DNA of 64,000 nucleotides from Alphaproteobacteria bacterium (lineage in GTDB: Bacteria; Pseudomonadota; Alphaproteobacteria; CACIAM-22H2): assembly GCA_035506575.1 (NCBI GenBank), contig DATJPD010000082.1, positions 18,566 to 82,565 of the forward strand. Reading direction: 5' to 3'. The position numbers were made by a program, and so were the translations under genes. The notes under the pieces were generated by a model. The model was not told the DNA's origin. It made no database searches and was given only the letters and a program-made list of their open reading frames with translations. Every line of letters starts with the position of its first letter. The stretch's first letter is position 1. Shown here in pieces: positions 43,230-52,031 of this stretch.

Positions 43230-43628
43230 ATGTCCAAGCCGTTCGATCCGATCCCGATCCGCTCGCGACGCCTGACTGTCGTCGAGGGATCGGGCACCGG
43301 ATCAGATGCGAGATCCGCCCCTGCGGCACCCGCCGCCCGGCCGGCCAAAGCCAAGCCGCGCGGCCTGCCGCCCGCGCCGGGCGCACCCACCGACGTCCAG
43401 AAGGCGTGGCTCGCGCGCGGGCTGTCGCAGCCCGGCGGCAAACTGCCGCTGTTCGACGACGCCGGCCGGCGCATCGATCAGCGGACGATCCGGGCCTGCA
43501 TCGACCAGGGCTGGGCCGAGCCGTGGTTTGCCAATCCCCTCAAGCCGGACTGGCTGGTCTGCCGATTGACCGACGCGGGCCGGGCCGTGGCAGCCCAGAC
43601 CGACCCGATCTCAAGCTCAGGGGCGTAG
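43230..43628 (+). CDS. Hypothetical protein (132 aa)
   Basis: ORF track. Third-position GC is high and there is no recognisable domain. Confidence 0.5.
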   Translation: MSKPFDPIPIRSRRLTVVEGSGTGSDARSAPAAPAARPAKAKPRGLPPAPGAPTDVQKAWLARGLSQPGGKLPLFDDAGRRIDQRTIRACIDQGWAEPWFANPLKPDWLVCRLTDAGRAVAAQTDPISSSGA

Positions 43629-43778
43629 GACCTTCGGCCAATACGGGCGGGGTGGACTTGCTCCGCCCCCGCCGCTACGATTTTAACGAGTCGGGCGGGA
43701 TGGGGTTAACCACGACGCCGCCCGAACGTTGAACGGACCCGCTGACGGGATGAACCTCTAGGGCGAAACGCAGGGATC

Positions 43779-44003
43779 ATGTCGGGCGTACACCGCTACG
43801 AAGTCGCGATACACAACGAGACGGTCAAGAAGTCCGTGCGCGAGGCCGATCCCAACAAGACCGGCCTGTCGGATGAATGGGCCGACACGCGCTACATCGA
43901 AGTCCGCGCCGAGTCCCCGGAAGCGGCCAAGAAGAAAATTCTGGCCCGCTATCCCGAGCATCGCGGCTTCGTGGTCTCCGAGGTCCGGCAGCTGCCGGAC
44001 TGA
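43779..44003 (+). CDS. Small hypothetical protein (74 aa)
   Basis: ORF track. Codon usage is genome-typical, composition is charged and soluble, and no family is recognised. Confidence 0.5.
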   Translation: MSGVHRYEVAIHNETVKKSVREADPNKTGLSDEWADTRYIEVRAESPEAAKKKILARYPEHRGFVVSEVRQLPD

Positions 44004-44012
44004 GCCGGCCGG

Positions 44013-45353
44013 CTACCCTGCCAGCGCATCCCGCAGCGCGGCCTCGAAGCCGCGCTTCCATCCCGCGAAGCTGTTGTGCGCCATGACATGCCGGCGGGCG
44101 CCTGCCCCCAAGGCGAGGCGCGCCTCGCGGCTCGCGCACAGCGTCTGCAGCACCGTCGCGACACGCGCCAGGCGCCCGCCCTCCGGGCGGAACATCGGAC
44201 GGAAATCGCCGCGCAGCCAGCCGCTGCCCGGATCCTCGCTGTAGATCGCCCCGCGCCGTCCCGGCACGACGATCGCCGTCTCGTCCGGCGTCACGTACTC
44301 TTCGTACCCCGGCACGTCGGACACCACGCAGGCGAGGCCGCAATACATCGCGCGCAGAATCGAGATCGAGTGCAGGCTCGCCGCGTCGAGGAAGAAGATG
44401 TCCGCGCGCAGCAGCAGCTCCAGCATCTCATCGTCGGAGAGCCGGTCCGGCAGCAGCCTGATCTTCGGATGACCGCGCACTCGCCGGGCGATGTCTGTCC
44501 CTTCGAGGATGTCCGGGAGTCCGCTCCGCAACGTCAGGCGGAGGGTCGGAAACTGCGGCTCGATCTCGAAGAAGGCGAGCAGCAGGTCGAGCCCGCCGCG
44601 CAGGACGAAGCTTTGCGTGCGCTGGTGCCAGGAATTGGTGAACAGGATATCGATGTCCGGCTTGTCCCGCCGGCGCTCGACCGCGGCGGCAACCCGTACC
44701 TCCTCGTTCGGCGTGAAATGCGGGCCGGCCGGGACATGCCGGGTCTTGCGGGAGATGACCTCGCTGGCCAGCACGCGATCGATCTGATCCTGCGTGGATT
44801 TGAGATTCGTGAAGATGCCGCGGCAGGCGGGCGCTTCGAGCATCGCGCGCACGAACCAGTACACGTATTGCTGCCGCAGTTCGATGCCGGTGCAATCGCC
44901 TTCGACCAGCATCGGGTGAAAGAGCGTGGTCAGGCTTTCGGTGTGCAGCAGATAGGGCAGCTGCCCCAGCAGCATCGGGGCGGTGTGGAAGAACGCAAGC
45001 TCGGCTGCCGGATCGATGCGCGCCTGCGAGTCCGGATCGCGCGAGGCGATGAACTGCCGCAACGCATCTTCGTTGCGCGGAATGTCCCCCAGGCCGGCCG
45101 CCAGGCGCTCGCCCAGGGCCGCGGCCGCGCGCTGCGCCTCCGCCGCGTAGGCCGGCCGGCCCATCGCCGATGCGCGAACGAACTCGATGCCGGGATAGCT
45201 CTGGTCGGTCAGCGAGACGAGCAGCGGGTGATTAGAATTGATGCGGTCGTAGATCGGCAGGTCGAACGGCAAGAGGACCCGCGTCACGCCGGCCTCTCCG
45301 CCCCGCCTTCGCGCCATGCCGCCATGCCCATCCCGCGCGACTCCTCCGATCAC
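44013..45353 (-). CDS. Glycosyltransferase, GT-B fold (family 1-like C-terminal domain)
   Basis: 446-aa ORF with an alternative start MARRRGG at 45317. The C-terminal segment ISILRAMYCGLACVVSDVPGYEEYVTPDETAIVVPG resembles the GT1 nucleotide-sugar binding region. Confidence 0.55.
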   Translation of the reverse strand: MIGGVARDGHGGMARRRGGEAGVTRVLLPFDLPIYDRINSNHPLLVSLTDQSYPGIEFVRASAMGRPAYAAEAQRAAAALGERLAAGLGDIPRNEDALRQFIASRDPDSQARIDPAAELAFFHTAPMLLGQLPYLLHTESLTTLFHPMLVEGDCTGIELRQQYVYWFVRAMLEAPACRGIFTNLKSTQDQIDRVLASEVISRKTRHVPAGPHFTPNEEVRVAAAVERRRDKPDIDILFTNSWHQRTQSFVLRGGLDLLLAFFEIEPQFPTLRLTLRSGLPDILEGTDIARRVRGHPKIRLLPDRLSDDEMLELLLRADIFFLDAASLHSISILRAMYCGLACVVSDVPGYEEYVTPDETAIVVPGRRGAIYSEDPGSGWLRGDFRPMFRPEGGRLARVATVLQTLCASREARLALGAGARRHVMAHNSFAGWKRGFEAALRDALAG

Positions 45354-45404
45354 CGCATGATGCGATGCGGAGCGGCGGTTTGCCAGGGCCGAGGGGTGGC
45401 TTGC

Positions 45405-45668
45405 TCAGTGCGAGGAGTGACCGGCCGAGTAGCCGTCGTTGTACGCCTTCTCCTTGTCCTTCTGCATCTTGTCCGCGACGAGGCCACCGATCAGACCTGC
45501 GCCGGCGCCGATGGCAGCCCCCATGCCGGCATTGCCTGCCATGGCACCAATGATGGCGCCGCCGCCCGCGCCGACCACCGTCCCGGTCGCCGCGTACTTC
45601 TCGGTCTGGTTCATGCCCGAACATCCGGCGGTCACGAGCACCAGTCCCACGGCCAGAAGCGTCCGCAT
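45405..45668 (-). CDS. Glycine-zipper lipoprotein (YMGG/17-kDa-antigen-like)
   Basis: ORF 45405..45935 trimmed to MRTLLAVGLVLVTAGC-S (lipobox), 87 aa. The glycine zipper is GAGGGAIIGAMAGNAGMGAAIGAGAGLIGG. Confidence 0.7.
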   Translation of the reverse strand: MRTLLAVGLVLVTAGCSGMNQTEKYAATGTVVGAGGGAIIGAMAGNAGMGAAIGAGAGLIGGLVADKMQKDKEKAYNDGYSAGHSSH

Positions 45669-45682
45669 GGCTTTACGTCCTT

Positions 45683-46057
45683 TCAGCGGCATGGATAGCT
45701 GAGGTGCGCGAACTCGAGCACGCCATCGACCGGCGTCATGGTCACGGTCGCCGGGGTCTTGCTCGCCCAGGCGGCAAAGTCTCTCGCCACGCGGTCGCGC
45801 GTGAGGCCTTTGTCCGTCGGCAGGCAGTAGAGGCGCTCGCCGAGGGCATCGGCGACCGATTGATAGGTGCGGTGGACTCCGACCAGGAACCCCTCGCACA
45901 TGTGGATGGCCGCCACATTCGTGTTGGCGGCGCACAGGGCACCCAGCTCCTGGGCATTCTCCAGCAGGAAATCGCTGCCTTCGACCGCGCGCGCCGGCCC
46001 GGCCGCGAGCGCCAGGAACGGCATCGCCAGCAGCGACCGTGTGAGGAGTGTCCGCAT
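45683..46057 (-). CDS. Exported Rap1a/Tai4-like protein (putative immunity-protein fold)
   Basis: 124 aa with a signal peptide (MRTLLTRSLLAMPFLALAAGPARA). The Cys pattern LC...MCEGFLVGV...YC.P...PC matches what I remember of Rap1a/Tai4-family proteins. Confidence 0.45.
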   Translation of the reverse strand: MRTLLTRSLLAMPFLALAAGPARAVEGSDFLLENAQELGALCAANTNVAAIHMCEGFLVGVHRTYQSVADALGERLYCLPTDKGLTRDRVARDFAAWASKTPATVTMTPVDGVLEFAHLSYPCR

Positions 46058-46164
46058 GGTCCGCCTCTCGGTTGTTGTTGGCGTCAGTCTCTTTTCAAGA
46101 CTCCCCGACGGCAGTCGGATTCGGGCAAATTTGGGGAGCTCGCGGCAACCCAGAGGAACGGACG

Positions 46165-46506
46165 ATGAGCCTTACGATTTATCACAACCCGAAATGCGGG
46201 ACCTCGCGCAAGGTCCTGGCCGCCCTGCGCGACGCCGGCCACGCGCCCGAGGTCATCGAGTATCTCAAGACCCCGCCGTCCCGCAGCGAGCTCAAAAGCC
46301 TGTTCAAGCGCATGGGCCTCCGGCCCGCCGACGGCGTGCGCAAGAAGGAGAAGGTCTTCGCCGAGCTAAAGCTGGCCAAGGCCGACGACGAGGCGTTGTT
46401 GGACGCGATGGCCAAGCACCCGATCCTGATCGAGCGCCCCATTGTGATATCCGGAAACAAGGCGCGCATCTGCCGGCCGCCCGAAACGGTCAAGGAATTC
46501 CTGTGA
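46165..46506 (+). CDS. arsC: Arsenate reductase, glutaredoxin-coupled ArsC family
   Basis: In-frame ATG at 46165 in ORF 46048..46506. MSLTIYHNPKCGTSRKVL...HPILIERPIV...RICRP closely parallels E. coli R773-type ArsC. Confidence 0.85.
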   Translation: MSLTIYHNPKCGTSRKVLAALRDAGHAPEVIEYLKTPPSRSELKSLFKRMGLRPADGVRKKEKVFAELKLAKADDEALLDAMAKHPILIERPIVISGNKARICRPPETVKEFL

Positions 46507-46522
46507 CGGGGCTTGGCAAGAT

Positions 46523-46599
46523 TGGTCGGAGCGGCGGGATTTGAACCCGCGACCCCCAGTCCCCCAGACTGATGCGCTACCGGGCTGCGCTACGCTCCG
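46523..46599 (-). tRNA. tRNA-Pro (anticodon GGG)
   Basis: Manual fold of the reverse complement gives: acceptor CGGAGCG/CGCUCCG, D-arm GCGC/GCGC, anticodon stem UCAGU/ACUGG with loop CU-GGG-GG, T-arm GCGGG-UUCAAAU-CCCGC, and an encoded CCA. Length is 77 nt. Confidence 0.9.
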
Positions 46600-46704
46600 A
46601 CCGTGGCGAGGATGAACGGGGCCGGCGGGGTGTCTCAAGGCCGGTCCGCTGCAGTTCGCGGGCGGCACTATAGCCGCCGGCCCAAGGGGGTCAACTGATG
46701 TGGG

Positions 46705-47226
46705 CTAGCGCCGTGCCTTGCGCAGCAGGTCGCGGAGCTCGGAGAGCTCGCTGATCGCGGCGTCGATTTCGGCGCGCTGTGTGGCGGCGGCCGAGGCGTC
46801 GACGCCGCCCGCGTCCATCTCGCCCCCGGCGCCGGCCTCGAGGGCGGGCTCGAGTTCGATCTCGCCGTCCCCGCCGGCCTCGGCATCGGGGCGGCGGCCG
46901 ACGTCGCGCAGCAGGCGCTGGACGCCCTTGATCGTGTAGCCGTTGTTGTAGAGCAGCTCGCGGATGCGGCGGAGAAGCTCGACGTCTTCCGGGCGGTAAT
47001 AGCGCCGGCCGCCGGCGCGCTTGAGCGGCCGGATCTGCGCGAACCGCGTCTCCCAGAAGCGCAGCACGTGCTGCGGCACGTTAAGATCGGTCGCCACCTC
47101 GCTGATCGTGCGGAAGGCGCCGGCGGCCTTGCCGGGACGGCGTGCCGCGAGGTCGGCCGCCGCCGACGCGGGCCGGCCGCCGCCGATCGCTTCGTTCTCC
47201 ATCGGGAGCGTCATCACCGATACCAT
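46705..47226 (-). CDS. MerR-family transcriptional regulator
   Basis: 173 aa. The HTH segment is [25 protein letters not shown]...[12 protein letters not shown]. It lies directly downstream of ihfA, as is common in alphaproteobacteria. Confidence 0.85.
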   Translation of the reverse strand: MVSVMTLPMENEAIGGGRPASAAADLAARRPGKAAGAFRTISEVATDLNVPQHVLRFWETRFAQIRPLKRAGGRRYYRPEDVELLRRIRELLYNNGYTIKGVQRLLRDVGRRPDAEAGGDGEIELEPALEAGAGGEMDAGGVDASAAATQRAEIDAAISELSELRDLLRKARR

Positions 47227-47260
47227 GCCCCGAGACTATCCCCGCCCTCCGTGATGCGGA

Positions 47261-47638
47261 TCACGTCTTGGGCGGCGACGAAGGAGCCGCGCCGGCAGGC
47301 TGGCCGGTCGCCGGCGCTCCGGCCGGCTTGGCCGCCGCCTTGGACAGCGCCCGGTTGATCTTGTTCTTCAGCACGTGCGAGGCCCGGAAGACCAGGACCT
47401 TGCGCGGCAGGATCGGAACCTCCTCGCCGGTCTTGGGGTTACGCCCGATCCTTTGCCCTTTTTGGCGCACCGAGAAACTACCGAACGAGGAGATCTTGAC
47501 CGTCTCTCCACGCGTCAGAGAGTCGACCATCTCGTTCAAAATCGTCTCGACCAAGGCCGCGGAATCGTTTCGCGACAGACCAACTTCCTGATAGACCGCC
47601 TCGCTCAGGTCAGCGCGCGTCACGGTCGTTTCTGACAT
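47261..47638 (-). CDS. ihfA: Integration host factor subunit alpha
   Basis: 125 aa. It includes [31 protein letters not shown]...[12 protein letters not shown], with a Pro/Ala-rich tail. Confidence 0.95.
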   Translation of the reverse strand: MSETTVTRADLSEAVYQEVGLSRNDSAALVETILNEMVDSLTRGETVKISSFGSFSVRQKGQRIGRNPKTGEEVPILPRKVLVFRASHVLKNKINRALSKAAAKPAGAPATGQPAGAAPSSPPKT

Positions 47639-47826
47639 GGCTGTTCCCCCTCGGGTTTCAGGCGCTCGGTTGGATGAGGAGTCGCGTTCTGTTCAAGTAA
47701 AATCTTACCTCAACCGGGGAAATCGGTCAATTACAGAGGGATGGCGCACGTCTTTGAGCTGAATTCGAACGCTTGGCGCCAACTGGCGGAGATAGGCCGA
47801 TATCGGCCGCAACCTCCCCGCTCGTA

Positions 47827-48834
47827 TTACCAGCGAATGACGCCAGCACCCCACGCCAGGCCGCCGCCGATCGCTTCGAGGAGCACGATATGCCCGGGCT
47901 GGATGCGGCCATCGCCGCTCGCCTCGGCCAACGCCAGCGGTATGGAGGCTGCCGAGGTATTGGCGTGATGGTCGACGGTGACGACGACGCGGTTGCTGCC
48001 GAGGCCGAGCTTGCGGGCCATGCCGTCAATGATGCGCTTGTTCGCCTGGTGCGGAACCAGCCAGTCGACATCGGCCCCGGTCATGCCGTTGGCCTCCAGC
48101 GCCTCGTTCACCACCGCGGCGAGCTTGCCGACCGCATGGCGGAACACCTCCTGCCCCTGCATGCGCAGATGGCCCACGGTCTTGGTCGACGACGGGCCGC
48201 CGTCGACATAAAGCGAATCGTGGTAACGGCCGTCGCTGTGAAGATGGGTCGACAGGATTCCGCGGTCATGCCCGTTGCCGCTCGAAGGCGTCGCCCGCAG
48301 GACGACCGCCCCCGCCCCGTCACCGAACAGCACGCAAGTCCCGCGATCGGTCCAGTCGAGGATGCGCGAGAAGGTCTCGGCGCCGATCACGAGTGCGGTC
48401 TTCACCTGGCCGGTCTTGATGAAATTGTCCGCGGTCGCCAGCGCGAAGATGAAGCCGCTGCACACCGCCTGAACGTCGAAGGCAAAGCCGCCGGTCATTC
48501 CGAGCTGCGCCTGGATGCGGGTCGCCGTGGCCGGAAACGTCTCATCGGGCGTGCTCGTCGCCACCACCACGAGGTCGACCTCCGACGCATCGACGCCGGC
48601 CGCGGCAAGTGCCCGCTTCGCCGCTTTCGTGCCGAGGTCGGATGTGAGCTCGCCCGGCGAGGCGATGTGACGCTGCTTGATGCCCGTGCGCTCGGTGATC
48701 CACTCGTCGGACGTGTCGACGCGCTGCGCGAGCTCGTCGTTGGTCACGATCTGCTCCGGCAGATATCCGCCGCAGCCGAGCACGAGCGAGCGCGGCGGCA
48801 GGGCCGGTGCGTGCTTCTTCGCCGGATTGGTCAT
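47827..48834 (-). CDS. fabH: 3-oxoacyl-ACP synthase III
   Basis: This is the C-terminal 335 codons of ORF 47827..49428, starting MTNPAKKH at 48834. The active-site Cys is in AVCSGF, and HQANKRI and GGGLAWGA are present. The start overlaps the plsX stop (TGATG). Confidence 0.95.
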   Translation of the reverse strand: MTNPAKKHAPALPPRSLVLGCGGYLPEQIVTNDELAQRVDTSDEWITERTGIKQRHIASPGELTSDLGTKAAKRALAAAGVDASEVDLVVVATSTPDETFPATATRIQAQLGMTGGFAFDVQAVCSGFIFALATADNFIKTGQVKTALVIGAETFSRILDWTDRGTCVLFGDGAGAVVLRATPSSGNGHDRGILSTHLHSDGRYHDSLYVDGGPSSTKTVGHLRMQGQEVFRHAVGKLAAVVNEALEANGMTGADVDWLVPHQANKRIIDGMARKLGLGSNRVVVTVDHHANTSAASIPLALAEASGDGRIQPGHIVLLEAIGGGLAWGAGVIRW

Positions 48835-49880
48835 CAGCCGGTCGCTGCCTGCGGCTTGTTCGCGGCGGCCTGCAGGTGCTCGAGTTCGGCGCGGATCTTG
48901 GAGTTGAAGTCGTTGGCCGCCATGTCGACCGCGACACCGATCGCGTTGGCGAAGCCGAGGGCGTCCGTGCCGCCGTGGCTCTTCACCACGATGCCGTTCA
49001 ACCCGAGGAACAAGGCGCCGTTGTAGCGCCGCGGATCGGTCCGCTTGCGCACCTTGTTCAGCGCATGGCGGGCGAACAGATACCCGATGCGCGCGACGAG
49101 CGAAGACCGGAACGCGCCGCGCAGGAATTCCGAATACAGCTTGGCCGTGCCCTCGGCGGTCTTCAGCGCGATGTTGCCGGAGAAGCCGTCGGTGACCACC
49201 ACGTCCACGGTGCCGGCCGTGATGTCGTCGCCTTCGACGAAGCCATGGAAGTGCACGGGCAGATCGGTATTGCGCAGGAGGGTTGCTGCGGCGCGGACCT
49301 CTTCGTGGCCTTTCTGCTCCTCGGAGCCGACATTGAGCAGGCCGATGCTCGGCTGCGAGACCCCGAGGACCGTGCGCGCAAAGACCTCGCCCATGACCGC
49401 GAACTGGACCAGGTTGTCGGCATCGCACTCCACATTGGCGCCAAGGTCGAGCATCACGCTTTCGCCGCGCATGGTGGGAAAATAGGAGGCGATGGCCGGC
49501 CGGTCGATCCCAGGCACCATGCGCAGGACGATCTTCGACATGGCCATCAAGGCGCCGGTGTTGCCCGCCGACACGACCGCCGCGGCCTCGCCGCCTTCGA
49601 GCGCGTCGATCGCAAGCCGCATGCTCGAGCGGCGGCCGGCCCGCAACGCGACCGACGGCTTATCCTCGTTCGTCACGAAATCGGGCGTATGGCGGATCTG
49701 GCAGAGCGGCTTCAGGACCGCGTTGCGATCCAGGAGCGGCGATATGCGCGCCTCGTCACCGAACAGCAGGAAATGGACGTCGGGGAATCGCCGATGCGCG
49801 ATGTTGGCGCCCGCGATGACCATCTCCGGCGCATGATCGCCGCCCATGGCGTCAAGGGCGATGGTCAGGCGGCCGCTCAC
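48834..49880 (-). CDS. plsX: Phosphate acyltransferase PlsX
   Basis: 348 aa with a GTG start. It includes [16 protein letters not shown]. Confidence 0.95.
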   Translation of the reverse strand: MSGRLTIALDAMGGDHAPEMVIAGANIAHRRFPDVHFLLFGDEARISPLLDRNAVLKPLCQIRHTPDFVTNEDKPSVALRAGRRSSMRLAIDALEGGEAAAVVSAGNTGALMAMSKIVLRMVPGIDRPAIASYFPTMRGESVMLDLGANVECDADNLVQFAVMGEVFARTVLGVSQPSIGLLNVGSEEQKGHEEVRAAATLLRNTDLPVHFHGFVEGDDITAGTVDVVVTDGFSGNIALKTAEGTAKLYSEFLRGAFRSSLVARIGYLFARHALNKVRKRTDPRRYNGALFLGLNGIVVKSHGGTDALGFANAIGVAVDMAANDFNSKIRAELEHLQAAANKPQAATG

Positions 49881-49903
49881 GTGAGCCGTTCAGTCCGGGT
49901 GAC

Positions 49904-50086
49904 TTAAGCCGACTTGGCCGGGATCACTTCGCGGCCATCGTAGTAGCCGCAGGCGCTGCACACGTGGTGCGGGCGCTTGAGTTCGCCGCAATTCGGGCAT
50001 TCCACATGCGCCGTGCTCTTGAGCGCTTCGTGAGAGCGCCGCATGTCGCGCCGCGACCGCGTGACCTTCTTCTTTGGAACCGCCAT
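49904..50086 (-). CDS. rpmF: 50S ribosomal protein L32
   Basis: 60 aa. It begins [19 protein letters not shown] and has a CxxC...CxxC zinc ribbon. Confidence 0.95.
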   Translation of the reverse strand: MAVPKKKVTRSRRDMRRSHEALKSTAHVECPNCGELKRPHHVCSACGYYDGREVIPAKSA

Positions 50087-50189
50087 GATATCTCTTTCCC
50101 TGTCGCCCGCAGCGACAGCCTGCAGCTTACCGAATTGACCGGAGGATGGGCACTAAATAGACAAAAAGGCGTACTTTCTCAAGCATACT

Positions 50190-50732
50190 TTAGCCCTTCG
50201 TCTTTCGCAAATTCGCCAGGACTGAGAACGGGTTAGGCCGATCTGCGGGCGCCGGCCCGGCCCCCGCCCCCGACTCGACCGCGGCACCCGGCGCATGCGG
50301 ATACGGATCGAGCGCCAGCGCCAGCTCCTGCGCCACCGCTTCCCCGATATCGAGCGATCCCACGGGCAGCGGCTCGACCACGCTCTCCTCGTCCACGTCG
50401 ACGCTGACATCGGCATCCTTGGCAACCTCGCCATAGACGAGGGTGAAGTCCTCCTCGACCCGGTTGTCGACCGGTTCGAGGGTGACGACGCACGCCTGGG
50501 TCACGTCGGCGCTCAGGTGGCCCGCGAGGTGGACCTGCGTGCCGGCATGGGTACGCCGCACGCGGACCCGTGCCTCCAGACGCGCAAGCCCCAGCAGACC
50601 GAAGCGCTGCGTCAGCGCCTCGCGCTCGGCCTGCGTGGCGCTGATCTCGTGCGCGGTCTCCGCAGTACCGATGCGCGCGAGTTCGATCGGACGCGAGAAC
50701 TCGGGGGGCGAGGCACCGGGATCCGCCATCAC
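50190..50732 (-). CDS. YceD/DUF177-family protein
   Basis: 180 aa, in the conserved position upstream of rpmF-plsX. It has an acidic C-terminal half (DVSVDVDEESVVEPL...DIGEAVAQELALALDPYP). Confidence 0.85.
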   Translation of the reverse strand: MMADPGASPPEFSRPIELARIGTAETAHEISATQAEREALTQRFGLLGLARLEARVRVRRTHAGTQVHLAGHLSADVTQACVVTLEPVDNRVEEDFTLVYGEVAKDADVSVDVDEESVVEPLPVGSLDIGEAVAQELALALDPYPHAPGAAVESGAGAGPAPADRPNPFSVLANLRKTKG

Positions 50733-51295
50733 TCCACCTGCGGGGCCGGAACGTCCGGGAACGTAACACCTCCCGCCGCCAAGCGTTGCAGCGGCTGAGC
50801 GGCGAGTTCGCGCACGGCGGCGCGGACGTAGCCGCAGACCGCGGCCAGTACCGCAGCCGCAGGCTCGCTGTCGCGCAGCGTGCCGTAAAGATTGCGCCGC
50901 AGGGCCGCGGCCAGCACGCTGTCGTCGGCGGCAAGCCCGCTTTCGTAAGCCGCCATGCGTCCGTACAACCCCTCCGCCATCGCGCGGATGCGCCGGCCGA
51001 CGCCGAGATCGGCCACGCCCATCTCACGCAGGCTACGGTCCATGTCGCCGAACATCGTATCGAACAGCTCCTGCGACAACCGCTCCGCTGCCGGGCCTTC
51101 CGCCTTCAGGCGGTGCAGGACCAAGAACATGTGCAGCGCGATTAGCTCGAAACGGCCGTCGAGGGTATCGGGCACGCCGCAGGCCGAATAGAAGATCGGG
51201 CGGCGCGCCTGCTCCACGGTCGTGCGGTACAATATTGCCGCACTGTGGGCGGCGACGTCGGCATTGCCGTGTTTCAAGGAAAATAATCGCCACAT
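50729..51295 (-). CDS. Ubiquinol-cytochrome c chaperone (Cbp3-like) family protein
   Basis: 188 aa. It includes DTLDGRFELIALHMFLVLHRL and DMDRSLREMGVADLGVGRRI. It overlaps yceD by 4 nt. Confidence 0.8.
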   Translation of the reverse strand: MWRLFSLKHGNADVAAHSAAILYRTTVEQARRPIFYSACGVPDTLDGRFELIALHMFLVLHRLKAEGPAAERLSQELFDTMFGDMDRSLREMGVADLGVGRRIRAMAEGLYGRMAAYESGLAADDSVLAAALRRNLYGTLRDSEPAAAVLAAVCGYVRAAVRELAAQPLQRLAAGGVTFPDVPAPQVE

Positions 51296-51427
51296 GGTGC
51301 ATCGAGCATAACGTTAACCTTGTCGCGCGTCGCGCCTTACCTTGACAGGGCAAAGTACGGATGCATTCTATCCGCGCTTTGCGGGGTGCCCGTGAGTCGC
51401 CCGCTGGCGAACGACAAAGGCAGGATT

Positions 51428-51958
51428 ATGCAGGGGAAAAGGGTTCGGCGCGGCATGTCACGTCCGTTCGGGCGCATCTTCGGCCGCACCATCGTGTTGG
51501 CCGCGGGGCTCGCGCTCAGCGCCTGTCAGCACCACGTCGACGACCTCGGCTACGTGCCGGATCCGGACGAGGTCGCGCGCATCAAGCCCGGTCTGCAAGG
51601 CCGCGACGAGGTCCGCGAGATCCTCGGCTCGCCCTCGAGCGCCAGCACCTTCACCGACGACCGCTGGTTCTACATCAGCAAGAAGATCGAGTGGGTCGCG
51701 TTCTTCACGCCCGACGTCCTCGATCAGAAGGTCATCGAGGTCGATTTCGACAAGGACGGCATGGTCTCCGAGGTCCGCAACTACACGCTCAAGGACAGCG
51801 AGCAGATCGACCCCGTGACGCGCAAGACGCCGTCGCCCGGACGCGAGCTTGGGTTCTTCGAACAGTTGATCGGCAACATCGGCAAGTTCAACACGCCGCA
51901 AAGCGGCAGCGGCGGTTCGACCACCGGCCCCGGCGGCGGCACCGGCCCCGGCTACTGA
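51428..51958 (+). CDS. bamE: Outer-membrane protein assembly factor BamE (SmpA/OmlA)
   Basis: ORF 51320..51958 trimmed to MQGKRVRR at 51428. The lipobox is LALSAC-Q. It includes GYVPDPDEVARIKPGLQGRDEVREILGSPS and has a Gly-rich tail. Confidence 0.8.
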   Translation: MQGKRVRRGMSRPFGRIFGRTIVLAAGLALSACQHHVDDLGYVPDPDEVARIKPGLQGRDEVREILGSPSSASTFTDDRWFYISKKIEWVAFFTPDVLDQKVIEVDFDKDGMVSEVRNYTLKDSEQIDPVTRKTPSPGRELGFFEQLIGNIGKFNTPQSGSGGSTTGPGGGTGPGY

Positions 51959-51976
51959 CGGGCCGGCTCAAAAACG

Positions 51977-52017
51977 AAAAGCCCCGGAGCCTAGACGGCC
52001 CCGGGGCTTTTGTTTTT
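51977..52017. terminator. Bidirectional rho-independent terminator between bamE and hppA
   Basis: Stems aaaagccccgg ... ccggggctttt are followed by a T-run on the + strand and preceded by an A-run, which is a T-run on the minus strand. Confidence 0.7.
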
Positions 52018-52031
52018 GCGCTGACCCGACG

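Noticed and set aside
43690-43712. Partial similarity to the tRNA-Pro T-arm as an att site
   Set aside because: There are only ~8 contiguous matching bases plus scattered matches, and no integrase or mobility gene. This is insufficient to call a mobile element.
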